From Botryllus schlosseri (lineage: Eukaryota): 64,000 nt of DNA. The stretch spans positions 39,744,001 through 39,808,000 of the forward strand of contig CM119371.1 in assembly GCA_051294905.1 (NCBI GenBank). The letters run 5' to 3'. Numbering within the stretch: the stretch's first letter is position 1; each line of letters begins with the position of its first letter. Of the stretch, positions 49,469 to 62,100 are shown piece after piece. The notes under the pieces are model-generated. The model saw only the letters and a program-made list of their open reading frames with translations. It was not told the DNA's origin and did no database searches. Both the position numbers and the translations under genes were made by a program.

Positions 49469-49804
49469 AGAATAGTATATTCAAATTGAAATGAACCCGT
49501 ATATTTTCAGCTGACACTCGTCAGGGGTGATCGTCAGCAACTAGTAGAGAATTGGAAAGAACGTTGTATATCAACAATTTGTGTACCATCTAAAAACAGT
49601 ACATTGAGCTCGAGCGCTCTCTCCGCCCGATTAGTAACAATTTCATGAAGGTGACCTCATATTTTGTGATATGATTGCTGATATATGATGTTCTTTCCAA
49701 TTCTCTACTACTTGCTGATGATTCCCCCTGACTGAGTCAGCCAAAAATATCCTGGTTCATTTCAATATAAATACACTATTCAATTGTATTGAAGTGCTAG
49801 ACAT
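49469..49804. mobile_element. palindromic hammerhead-bearing element, copy B (tail on the right)
   Basis: Inverted arms; hammerhead motif at 49495-49528 (-); degraded motif in the right arm; tail CAATTGTATTGAAGT...; CTTCATT repeated on both flanks. Confidence 0.6.
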
Positions 49805-51829
49805 CTTCATTCCCTACTTTCAAGTCTTCAAAATTGCTCATTCTACTTGTAATTGACTAGAAATGTACAGCGTTAGTCCTGCTTTACACTAGTACTTATA
49901 CAGACCGACAAGATCACATCTGGATGCATAATAGTGCAGATAACAAGATACGATATCTCACATATCCTTCACAGTCATATCTTTCAAAATCTGGCAGTAG
50001 CCCACATTCCAGACAGCTGATCGTCCCACACTTAGGAAGACAAGAGAATAGCCCCTGAACACAAAATCCACCAAATTACCAGCTATAAATAGTCAATCAA
50101 ATGGACCAAGTTATCAGCTCTACGGTCAATCCCTGCATCATATTTGAATATTTGAAAGCAAAAATCGTGATATGGAGAATATATAACGAAACATATTCTC
50201 ATTCATAGTATATTGCCAAGGTGTAAAGACCATGCCTGCACAAACTACAATGTAGTTCAGTTGAAGGTTAACTAAATACTGTTTTTAAGTGGTCCTAGTT
50301 TCAGTGGCGTGTTTTGAATGAGATTTGTTCTAGTTCTTGTTCTTTAAAAAAATGAATTAGTACTAGAAAGCGCGTGCCATCGTTAGGCATATAATCAGTA
50401 GCGCGATTTTCTTTACATGTCATAAAAATTCAAAATTAGGTCAAAATTGTGACATTAGGTTAGGTTTACTATATTTCTGTCACCCAAATTACAGACACTC
50501 TTTAGCGTTCACTAGTGGATTTCGAAATGAGTTATGAGCACATTGTCTGTCAATATGACGTCACACTTGCAAAGATAAGCTTATAGACCTGAAACGGTCA
50601 CGACCCGGTTCAGAATATGTGGCTGTGTGTTGTGTAACCGGGACCGAAACCACATTTTTTCAGCCCTCTCCCGCCCAAATAAACAATGATTTTAGGCACA
50701 TCATAGGGTAATCGATGCAACTTCTGCGGGGCTTGCTATATGCATCTGGTCATTACATTTTTTGAATGAATTCTGTCAATGATATTGTTTCCTATATGTA
50801 TGACTATTGGTGACTACTGGTTCGTCTCTCCGCCCACATGATCAGGGTTAGAGGCAGAATTGGTAGAGGACGATGACTTCGAAAATACAGGGAGCATAAT
50901 TGTACATCGATAAGTCAAGTTCATGTCACACCGACAAGATTTTATCAGCGTTATGCCGGTGCGCACCACACAGCTTTATAAACACCCCACATCAAGTGGT
51001 TTCCAACCTTTTATGATCGCGCCGTCATCCAATTTGAAAATGTTACTTGGCCCAGATCATAATTTGACGAGCTGATGACTAAAACAAATCAGCACCTTTA
51101 CCCAGACTTAGACCTGGGTTATTTTGAAATCTGATTACGCTCAACATGTTTGCGAAGCCCAGAATAAAAACAAACGACCCCCATGTTTGGAACCACTCTC
51201 TTTGAATAAAGCATTTTATCGGTCTTAACCATGTCTATGAATATACCGTTCTCCTATAATTGTGATTACAATTAGGCTTATTTCAGTAAATGAAGGTCGT
51301 TTTTAGTTCTATTTTATTGCATTTTTTTCGAGAGTGGCAGTCCCTTTAATTAAAATCAATTATTGTGATAGTAAATCGCGCGCAGTGCGAAGGAAAATGT
51401 CATGTAGCATAAATATCCTCCAAAATAACATTCATATGTTGATTTATGATAAAATTATGAGCCTACGTCAAGCCTTCAAAATTGCGGATATTTAGGCGGA
51501 TTTCAGAAATTCCTTCCGGACGCAAGTTTGAACAGTGAAATGCCGGACATGTTCCGGGAAATTCCGGACGTGTGGCAACCCTACGTTAGGGCAACAAATG
51601 AACTTCCTTTCTCTATTCTTGACAAGCTACTTGATTAGGGCATACACTTTCTACCCGAGAATGTAGCAAAGTATCTTTCGTTGTGTTACAAATATTTTCA
51701 TCATTTCTACCATAATGCGTAATGTAACTGCTGGAATTCTTCATAGGGCTAGATTTCGTTTAAATGAAACTACTTCGTTAGGACAGACAGTTCCAACCAG
51801 AAATGAAGATAAGTAGTACAATTCTAACA

Positions 51830-52156
51830 TTTGAAGAGCTTCTTGGAGGTACAGAACTTCAATATACAATTGCATAGTATATTCATTTTGAAATGAACCC
51901 GGATATTTTCGGCTGACACTCGTCAGGGGTAATCGTCAGCAACTAGTAGAGAATTGGAAAGAACATTGTATATCAACAATCGTATCACAAAATATGACGT
52001 CACCGGCATGAAAGAGAGAGCATTCAATGTAGGCTACTATTTTCAGGTGGTACACGAACACGCTCTCTTTTCCAATTCTCTACTAGGTGCTGACGATTAC
52101 CCCTGACGAGTGTCAGCCGAAAATATCCGGGTTCATTTCAATATGAAAATACTATT
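51830..52156. mobile_element. palindromic hammerhead-bearing element, copy C
   Basis: Near-perfect ~90-bp inverted arms; motifs at 51897-51930 (-) and 52099-52132 (+); ~40-bp left tail; 11-bp direct repeat CAATTCTAACA (51819-51829 and 52157-52167). Confidence 0.72.
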
Positions 52157-52189
52157 CAATTCTAACACTATGTGGGAAAACACCTAATT

Positions 52190-54230
52190 TGCATATCTTA
52201 GGTCAAAAATGTCAAATTTCTGATTTTAGGTAAAAAAAATTGCCCTACCAATGACTATCATGCAGTTAACGAGTGCACCTACCTAGTACGATACGCTTCC
52301 AGTTCCCAGGACATGAAATAATCCCCGCGTATGTTAACAACCTTTCCAAATAAACCTGTAAAGAGGAAGAATCAGGTTACTAATGGCACCCATAATCCAT
52401 ACAAAGATCATTAGCAACGTACCGAGAAGCAATCGATACAATCAAGAGGTGATTTGAAGTTTGAAATATATAAAAAAAAAACGGTGTATCGGATTGGAAT
52501 ATCGACCCATATATATTGATATGCATAGTTTTTTGCCGATGACAATATTTTACGGTTAAATGGATGTGGACTGAGGAATATAAATACAACAATATGAGAG
52601 AATGTCATTTTAATATACTGGCGTGTCACTCATTCTTGATGAAGTAGCGGTGTGCTCATTAGGAATATTCAAAAATAAGATTATTTTCAAATTTTACGGC
52701 CTACTTAATAAAATTGTTTGATTGCCTGAAAAATAAACGCTGCGAACAAATTTTGGCACAATTCCAATCCAACCAATAGAAGGATTGCTATATAAGAAAA
52801 AATACTGTTTTGGATATATTTAATAAAAATCAATATAAAAATTTTGCTTGTTACCCCATAAAATTTGAAGGTTGTATGAAGAAACGATGCACAACAAATT
52901 TGGCTCAATTGCAAACAGTAGAAGCAAAGTTATTGGGGTGAAAAAATTTGGATGAGAATAAAATAGTATTTACGGTGACTAACTCTTTAATTATTTACTA
53001 TAAAATCATGGAATTAGAAATTTTTCTACCGCGATAACTTCTCTTCTACTGGTTGGAATTGAGCTAAATTTGGTTTGCATCATCTCTACTGACAGCCTAA
53101 CAATTTCGTGGGGTAGGCAGAAAAATTTGAAATTTTATTTTTTATATTATAGGCCTAAATTCAAAACTTTCTACTGCAAGAATCTCGTTTCCACTGGTTG
53201 GAATTGTGCCAAATGTGTAGCGCAGCGTTGTTTTAACCGACCTAACAATTTTATCACATAGCCAGTGAAATAGGAATAAAAATTTTTTTTTGAACATCTC
53301 TAATGAGCACTGTGCAGTTACACAGACATACAATTGGGACAAGCAGGCATAAGCTGTTTGAGGACTCAAAAAACTACCGTGTTACTGTGTTAATTTGCCT
53401 ACATTAGGTCAAAATTAAGATTTTAAAGGTAAAAAATGTTCAAATTCTTATTTTTTAGGTAAAAAATGGCCGTAGTAATGACAATCATGCAATTAACGAG
53501 TTCACCTACCTAGTACGATACGCTTCCAGTTCCCAGGACATGAAATAATCTCCGCAGTTGTTAATAACCTCTCCAAATAAACCTGAAATCAGAAGCAACC
53601 AAGTTACTAATGGCACCAACAATCCGTTCAATGTTCATTGATAGCGTACGAAGATGCAATCGATACAATCAAAAACTGATTTGAAGTTCAAAATATTTTT
53701 TTAAATGTACCGGATTAGGATATCGACGCATGTATATATTGATGTACCGGTATATAGTTTTTCCGCCGATGACAATATTTACCGGTTAAATGGATGTGGA
53801 CTGAGGAATATAATTACAACAATATTAGGGAAAATCATTTTAATATACTGGCGTGTCCCTCATTCTTCATGAAGCATCGGTGTGCTCATTAGGACTATTC
53901 AAAAATAACATTTTTTCAAATTTTACGGCTTACCTGATAAAATTGTGTGATTGCCTGAAAAGAAAAACGCTGCGAGCCAATTTTGACACAATTCCAACCA
54001 ATAGAAGCATTGCTATATAAGAAAAAATACGGTATTGGATATATTTAATAAAAATCAATATAAAAATTTTGCTGTCTACCCCATGAAATTTGAAGGTTGT
54101 ATGAAGAAACGATGCTCAAAAAATTTGGTCCAATTCCAAACAGTAGAATCAAAGTTATTTGAGTACAAAATTTCTGGACTTGTAAAAAATAGTATTTACA
54201 TTAGAAAACTCTTCAATTGTTTACTACGGT
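52190..54230. repeat. two diverged direct copies (~0.8 kb) of an unclassified repeat
   Basis: ~52190-53000 and ~53395-54230 share long blocks, e.g. CACCTACCTAGTACGATACGCTTCCAGTTCCCAGGACATGAAATAATC; related CCAAATTTGGCTCAATTCCA motifs also occur at 62415-62700 and 63525-63720. Confidence 0.8.
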
Positions 54231-54373
54231 ATGGATCCACCCCCTTGTAAATACTATGTTTTGAAATCCAAAATTTTGACCATCAAAAACTTCGCTGCTA
54301 CTGGTTGGAGTGTAGCCAAATTTGTTGAGGTTTTGCTTTTTTAGACAAACTGACAATTTTCTGACGTAGCCAG

Positions 54374-54930
54374 CAGGGTTATAATGAATCGAGTCACGAT
54401 TTTCTGATGACTCAAATTGACTCAAGTCATTTTCTCTAAATACGGAAATGACTCAACTCGAGTCAATTTGTGTATTGACTCGACTTAGAATCGAGTCAAT
54501 GCGCACGACTTAACCAAGTCATAAGAATCGAGACACAGATGGCCAAGAGTGACATTTCATTTTAATATTGAAGAATGTACCGTACTGTACAAAAAGTAAA
54601 CACACTATTGGGATTTCCTCTGTTGGTACTGGTGGTAGCCTTCTTGAAAATGTGACCGGAAAATGCTAAAAGTGAGGAAATTGGTATACTATAATTGCGA
54701 ACCATTTGATATCACCAAACAGAGTTATAAAAAATGGGTTTACCAAGACTTTAACCGGAAACTGAACAGTCAACACAATGACTTGGACTCGAGACAAAAT
54801 ACCATGACTCGGACTTGACCCTCTGCTCTCTGACTTGGACTCGAACTTGACTCAGTGGTGAATTGAAAATGACTCAACTCGAGTCAAAACTATAAAAGTG
54901 AGATTGACTTGTGACTTGGTTACAACCCTG
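54374..54930. mobile_element. CAGGGTT-family hAT-like MITE
   Basis: CAGGGTTATAA...TTACAACCCTG; TSD GTAGCCAG/GTAGCCGG (7/8); GACTC/GAGTC motifs. Confidence 0.83.
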
Positions 54931-55338
54931 GTAGCCGGTAAAATTTGAAAAAACTCAGGGTTGTTTTTCCACAGCTTTCTTCTTATATAGCAATGCTTCC
55001 ATGGGTTGAAATAGAGCCAAAATTGGACCTCAATTTTCATCAAGCAGACAGTAAAATTAAAGAAAATTTAAACCGCCTCATTGGAACATGTCTTAGAAAT
55101 CAATACTACATAAAATGTACGGCCTTACTTCTACTTTTACCGGAGAAACGCTTTTCATCACTTTCAAGTGTTTCACGAATGCAATTTTATCGGTAATCGA
55201 TGACAAAACGAATCAACCTTACAACGTGTTCTGTCATGGGGATCGGGCGGTAACGTAGAACAAACAAAGCAGTCTTCCAGGAATTACAACTATTAGATCT
55301 GCTATCGCATGATCATTGATCAGCGGTCTGATAGAAAT

Positions 55339-55596
55339 TTGAACAATATATTCATACTGGAATAAAGCCAAGTATTTTTTTGACTGACACTCGCCAGGGG
55401 TAATCGTTACGAACTAGTAGAGATTTAAAAAGAAGTTTGTACGGTAGTTTATATCAACAATCGTGACGTCATATTTAGCGATACAATCGTTGATACACAA
55501 TGCTCTTTCCAATTCTCTACTAGTTGCTGACGATTACCCCTGACGAGTGTCAGCCGAAAATGTTCGGGTTCGTATTAATATGAACATACCATTCAA
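55339..55596. mobile_element. palindromic hammerhead-bearing element, copy D (no tail seen)
   Basis: Inverted arms homologous to copies A-C; left arm degraded, right arm with a complete hammerhead core. Confidence 0.62.
55536..55569 (+). ncRNA. minimal type I hammerhead ribozyme motif
   Basis: ACCC-CTGACGA-GTGTCAGCC-GAAA-ATGT-TC-GGGT: stem I ACCC/GGGT, all core nucleotides, UUC triplet (predicted cut after 55565), quasi-palindromic stem III AATGTT. Confidence 0.6.
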
Positions 55597-55936
55597 GAAA
55601 AGAAAATCCTCACCAAATTAACTATTGCACATTCCGCAGTCAACAGCACCGCTCTAAATAACGTCCTGATGAAGCGATAAATATGCCGATGCTCAGGCTC
55701 TCGCTTGTCGTAATCCGACGGCACACGATCGCGCTGAAATGGAGATCGAAGTAAGTCTTGTAAGTCTCGTTATCGTAGCGACAAATCGAACCTTGGCAGG
55801 TTACTCGCAAACATTGTCCGGCATCAAAATACAGCACAGACTTGAGCAACAAATTTTCAGATTTTCTATATCAGATAGAATAATTGCTGTACAGTGTTTA
55901 TCCAAACTAGACTCGAATTAGAATTATGGCCACACA

Positions 55937-56106
55937 CAGGCCCGTAGCAAGAGAGGGCGTTTCGGGGTCGTCAACACGAGAAGATTCTATAATCGTCATT
56001 TACGCATGTACTTAACCCTAATCAATTGACGCTATATTAGTAAATTCGAAACACCTCCCTTTCATTTCAAAACCACCTCCTTATTTTTGGGCTGGCTAAG
56101 CGCCTG
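55937..56106. mobile_element. short hAT-like MITE
   Basis: CAGGCCCGTAGC...GCTAAGCGCCTG; TSD GCCACACA/GCCAGACA (7/8); inserted into a degenerate first satellite unit. Confidence 0.7.
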
Positions 56107-59100
56107 GCCAGACAGTTTATTGCAAATTAGATTAAAATTAGAATAATAGCTACACACTTTTTTTCCAAATAAGATTAGGATTATATTTAGAGCTACACAG
56201 TTTTTTTCCAAATAAAATTATAATTAGAGCTACACAGTTTTTTTCCAAATAAGAATAGGATTATATTTAGAGCTACACAGTTTTTTTCCAAATAAAATTA
56301 TAACTAGAGCTACACAGTTTTTTTCCAAATTAGATTAGGATTAGAATTAGAGCTACACAGTTTTTTTCCAAATAAAATTATAATTAGAGCTACACAGTTT
56401 TTTTTTCCAAATAAGATTAGGATTATATTTAGAGCTACACAGTTTTTTTCCAAATAAAATTATAACTAGAGCTACACAGTTTTTTTCCAAATTAGATTAG
56501 GATTAGAATTAGAGCTACACAGTTTTTTTTCCAAATAAAATTATAACTAGAGCTACACAGTTTTTTTCCAAATAAAATTATAACTAAAGCTACACAGTTT
56601 TTTTCCAAATTAGATTAGGATTAGAATTAGAGCTACACAGTTTTTTTCCAAATAAAATTATAATTAGAGCTACACAGTTTTTTTTCCAAATAAGATTAGG
56701 ATTATATTTAGAGCTACACAGTTTTTTTTCCAAATTAGATTAGGATTAGAATTAGAGCTACAGTTTTTTTCCAAATAAAATTATAATTAGAGCTACACAG
56801 TTTTTTTTTCCAAATTAGATTAGGATTATATTTAGAGCTACACAGTTTTTTTCCAAATAAAATTATAACTAGAGCTACACAGTTTTTTTCCAAATTAGAT
56901 TAGGATTAGAATTAGAGCTACAGTTTTTTTCCAAATAAAATTATAATTAGAGCTACACAGTTTTTTTTCCAAATAAGATTAGGATTATATTTAGAGCTAC
57001 ACAGTTTTTTTCCAAATAAAATTATAATTAGAGCTACACAGTTTTTTTTCCAAATAAGATTCGGATTAGAATTAGAGCTACACAGTTTTTTTCCAAATAA
57101 AATTATAATTAGAGCTACACAGTTTTTTTCCAAATTAGATTAGGATTAGAATTAGAGCTACTCAGTTTTTTTCCAAATAAAATTATAATTAGAGCTACAC
57201 AGTTTTTTTCCAAATAAAATTATAATCAGAGCTACACAGTTTTTTTTCCAAATAAGATTAGGATTATATTTAGAGCTACACAGTTTTTTTTCCAAATAAA
57301 ATTATAATTAGAGCTACACAGTTTTTTTCCAAATAAAATTATAATTAGAGCTACACAGTTTTTTTTCCAAATAAAATAATAACTAGAGCTACACAGTTTT
57401 TTTCCAAATTAGATTCGGATTAGAATTAGAGCTACACAGTTTTTTTCCAAATAAAATTATAATTAGAACTACACAGTTTTTTTTCCAAATAAGATTAGGA
57501 TTATATTTAGAGCTACACAGTTTTTTTCCAAATAAAATTATAACTAGAGCTACACAGTTTTTTTCCAAATAAAATTTTAATTAGAGCTACACAGTTTTTT
57601 TTTCCAAATTAGATTAGGATTATATTTAGAGCTACATAGTTTTTTTCCAAATAAAATTATAACTAGAGCTACACAGTTTTTTCCAAATAAAATTATAATT
57701 AGAGCTACACAGTTTTTTTTTCAAATTAGATTAGGATTATATTTAGAGCTACACAGTTTTTTTCCAAATAAAATTATAACTAGAGCTACACAGTTTTTTT
57801 CCAAATTAGATTAGGATTAGAATTAGAGCTACACAGTTTTTTTTCCAGATAAAATGATAACTAGAGCTACACAGTTTTTTTCCAAATAAAATTATAATTA
57901 GAGCTACACAGTTTTTTTCCAAATAAAATTATAATTAGAGCTACACAGTTTTTTTCCAAATAAGATTAGGATTATATTTAAAACTACACAGTTTTTTTCC
58001 AAATTAGATTCGGATTAGAATTAGAGCTACACAGTTTTTTTCCAAATAAAATTATAACTAAAGCTACACAGTTTTTTTCCAAATAAGATTAGGATTATAT
58101 TTAGAGCTACACAGTTTTTTTCCAAATAAGATTAGGATTATATTTAGAGCTACACAGTTTTTTTCCAATAAGATTGGAATTAGAGCTACACAGTTTTTTC
58201 CAAATAAAATTATAATTAGAGCTACACAGTTTTTTTCCAAATTAGATTCGGATTAGAATTGGAGCTACACAGTTTTTTTCCAAATAAAATTATAATTAGA
58301 GCTACACAGTTTTTTTCCAAATAAAATTATAATTAGAGCTACACAGTTTTTTTCCAAATAAGATTAGGATTATATTTAGAGCTACACAGTTTTTTTTCCA
58401 AATAAAATTATAATTAGAGCTACACAGTTTTTTTCCAAATAAAATTATAATTAGAGCTACACATTTTTTTTTCCAAATAAGATTAGGATTATATTTAGAG
58501 CTACACAGTTTTTTTCCAAATAAAATTATAACTAGAGCTACACAGTTTTTTTCCAAATTAGATTAGGATTAGAATTAGAGCTACACAGTTTTTTTCCAAA
58601 TAAAATTATAACTAGAGCTACACAGTTTTTTTCCAAATAAAATTATAACTAAAGCTACACAGTTTTTTTCCAAATTAGATTCGGATTAGAATTAGAGCTA
58701 CACAGTTTTTTTCCAAATAAAATTATAATTAGAGCTACACAGTTTTTTTCCAAATAAAATTATAATTAGAACTACACAGTTTTTTTTCCAAATAAGATTA
58801 GGATTATATTTAGAGCTACACAGTTTTTTTCCAATTAAAATTATAATTAGAGCTACACAGTTTTTTTTTCCAAATTAGATTAGAATTATATTTAGAGCTA
58901 CACAGTTTTTTTCCAAATAAAATTATAACTAGAGCTACACAGTTTTTTTCCAAATAAAATTATAATTAGAGCTACACAGTTTTTTTCCAAATAAGATTAT
59001 AATTAGAGCTGCACAGTTGTTTTTCCAAATAAGATTAGGATTATATTTAGAGCTACACAGTTTTTTTCCAAATAAAATTATAACTAGAGCTACACAGTTT

Positions 59101-62100
59101 TTTTCCAAATAAGATTAGGATTATATTTAGAGCTACACAGTTTTTTTCGAAATAAAATTATAACTAGAGCTACACAGTTTTTTTCCAAATAAGATTAGGA
59201 TTATATTTAGAGCTACACAGTTTTTTTCCAAATAAAATTATAATTAGAGCTACACAGTTTTTTTCCAAATAAGAATAGGATTATATTTAGAGCTACACAG
59301 TTTTTTTCCAAATAAAATTATAACTAGAGCTACACAGTTTTTTTCCAAATTAGATTAGGATTAGAATTAGAGCTACACAGTTTTTTTCCAAATAAAATTA
59401 TAATTAGAGCTACACAGTTTTTTTTTCCAAATAAGATTAGGATTATATTTAGAGCTACACAGTTTTTTTCCAAATAAAATTATAACTAGAGCTACACAGT
59501 TTTTTTCCAAATTAGATTAGGATTAGAATTAGAGCTACACAGTTTTTTTTCCAAATAAAATTATAACTAGAGCTACACAGTTTTTTTCCAAATAAAATTA
59601 TAACTAAAGCTACACAGTTTTTTTCCAAATTAGATTAGGATTAGAATTAGAGCTACACAGTTTTTTTCCAAATAAAATTATAATTAGAGCTACACAGTTT
59701 TTTTTCCAAATAAGATTAGGATTATATTTAGAGCTACACAGTTTTTTTCCACATAAAATTATAATTAGAGCTACACAGTTTTTTTTTCAAATTAGATTAG
59801 GATTATATTTAGAGCTACACAGTTTTTTTCCAAATAAAATTATAACTAGAGCTACACAGTTTTTTTCCAAATTAGATTAGGATTAGAATTAGAGCTACAC
59901 AGTTTTTTTTCCAGATAAAATGATAACTAGAGCTACACAGTTTTTTTCCAAATAAAATTATAATTAGAGCTACACAGTTTTTTTCCAAATAAAATTATAA
60001 TTAGAGCTACACAGTTTTTTTCCAAATAAGATTAGGATTATATTTAAAACTACACAGTTTTTTTCCAAATTAGATTCGGATTAGAATTAGAGCTACACAG
60101 TTTTTTTCCAAATAAAATTATAATTAGAGCTACACAGTTTTTTTCCAAATAAAATTATAATTAGAGCTACACAGTTTTTTTTTCAAATTAGATTAGGATT
60201 ATATTTAGAGCTACACAGTTTTTTTCCAAATAAAATTATAACTAGAGCTACACAGTTTTTTTCCAAATTAGATTAGGATTAGAATTAGAGCTACACAGTT
60301 TTTTTTCCAGATAAAATGATAACTAGAGCTACACAGTTTTTTTCCAAATAAAATTATAATTAGAGCTACACAGTTTTTTTCCAAATAAAATTATAATTAG
60401 AGCTACACAGTTTTTTTTCCAAATAAGATTAGGATTATATTTAAAACTACACAGTTTTTTTCCAAATTAGATTCGGATTAGAATTAGAGCTACACAGTTT
60501 TTTTCCAAATAAAATTATAATTAGAGCTACACAGTTTTTTTCCAAATAAGATTAGGATTATATTTAAAACTACACAGTTTTTTTCCAAATTAGATTCGGA
60601 TTAGAATTAGAGCTACACAGTTTTTTTCCAAATAAAATTATAATTAGAGCTACACAGTTTTTTTCCAAATAAAATTATAATTAGAGCTACACAGTTTTTT
60701 TTCCAAATAAGATTAGGATTATATTTAAAACTACACAGTTTTTTTCCAAATTAGATTCGGATTAGAATTAGAGCTACACAGTTTTTTTCCAAATAAAATT
60801 ATAATTAGAGCTACACAGTTTTTTTCCAAATAAAATTATAATTAGAGCTACACAGTTTTTTTCCAAATTAGATTCGGATTAGAATTAGAGCTACACAGTT
60901 TTTTTCCAAATAAAATTATAATTAGAGCTACACAGTTTTTTTCCAAATAAAATTATAATTAGAGCTACACAGTTTTTTTCCAAATAAAATTATAATTAGA
61001 GCTACACAGTTTTTTTTTTCAAATTAGATTAGGATTATATTTAGAGCTACACAGTTTTTTTCCAAATAAAATTATAACTAGAGCTACACAGTTTTTTTCC
61101 AAATTAGATTAGGATTAGAATTAGAGCTACACAGTTTTTTTTCCAGATAAAATGATAACTAGAGCTACACAGTTTTTTTCCAAATAAAATTATAATTAGA
61201 GCTACACAGTTTTTTTCCAAATAAAATGATAATTAGAGCTACACAGTTTTTTTCCAAATAAAATGATAATTAGAGCTACACAGTTTTTTCCAAATAAGAT
61301 TAGGATTATATTTAGAGCTACACAGTTTTTTTCCAAATAAAATTATAACTAGAGCTACACAGTTTTTTTCCAAATTAGATTAGGATTAGAATTAGAGCTA
61401 CAGTTTTTTTTCCAGATAAAATGATAACTAAAGCTACACAGTTTTTTTCCAAATAAGATTAGGATTATATTTAGAGCTACACAGTTTTTTTCCAATAAGA
61501 TTGGAATTAGAGCTACACAGTTTTTTCCAAATAAAATTATATTTGGAGCTACACAGATTTTTTTCCAAATTAGATTAGGGTTAGAATTAGAGCTACACAG
61601 TTTTTTTTCCAAATAAAATTATAATTAGAGCTACACAATTTTTTTCAAATAAAATTATAATTAGAGCTACACAGTTTTTTTCCAAATAAAATTATATTTC
61701 AAGCTACACAGTTTTTTTCCAAATAAAATTATAATTAGAGCTACACAGTTTTTTACAAATAAAATTATAATTAGAGCTACACAGTTTTTTTTTCAAATAA
61801 AATTATAATTAGAGCTACACAGTTTTTTTCTAAATAAGATTAGGATTAGAATTAGAGCTACACAGTTTTTTCCAAATAAAATTATAATTAGGGCTACACA
61901 GTTTTTTTCCAAATTAGATTAGGATTATAATTAGAGCTACACAGTTTTTTTTCCAAATAAAATTATAATTACAGCTACACAGTTTTTTCCCAATAAGATT
62001 AGAATTAGAGCTACACAGTTTTTTTCCAAATTAGATCAGGATTATAATTAGAGCTACACAGTTTTTTTTCCAAATAAAATTATAATTACAGCTACACAGT

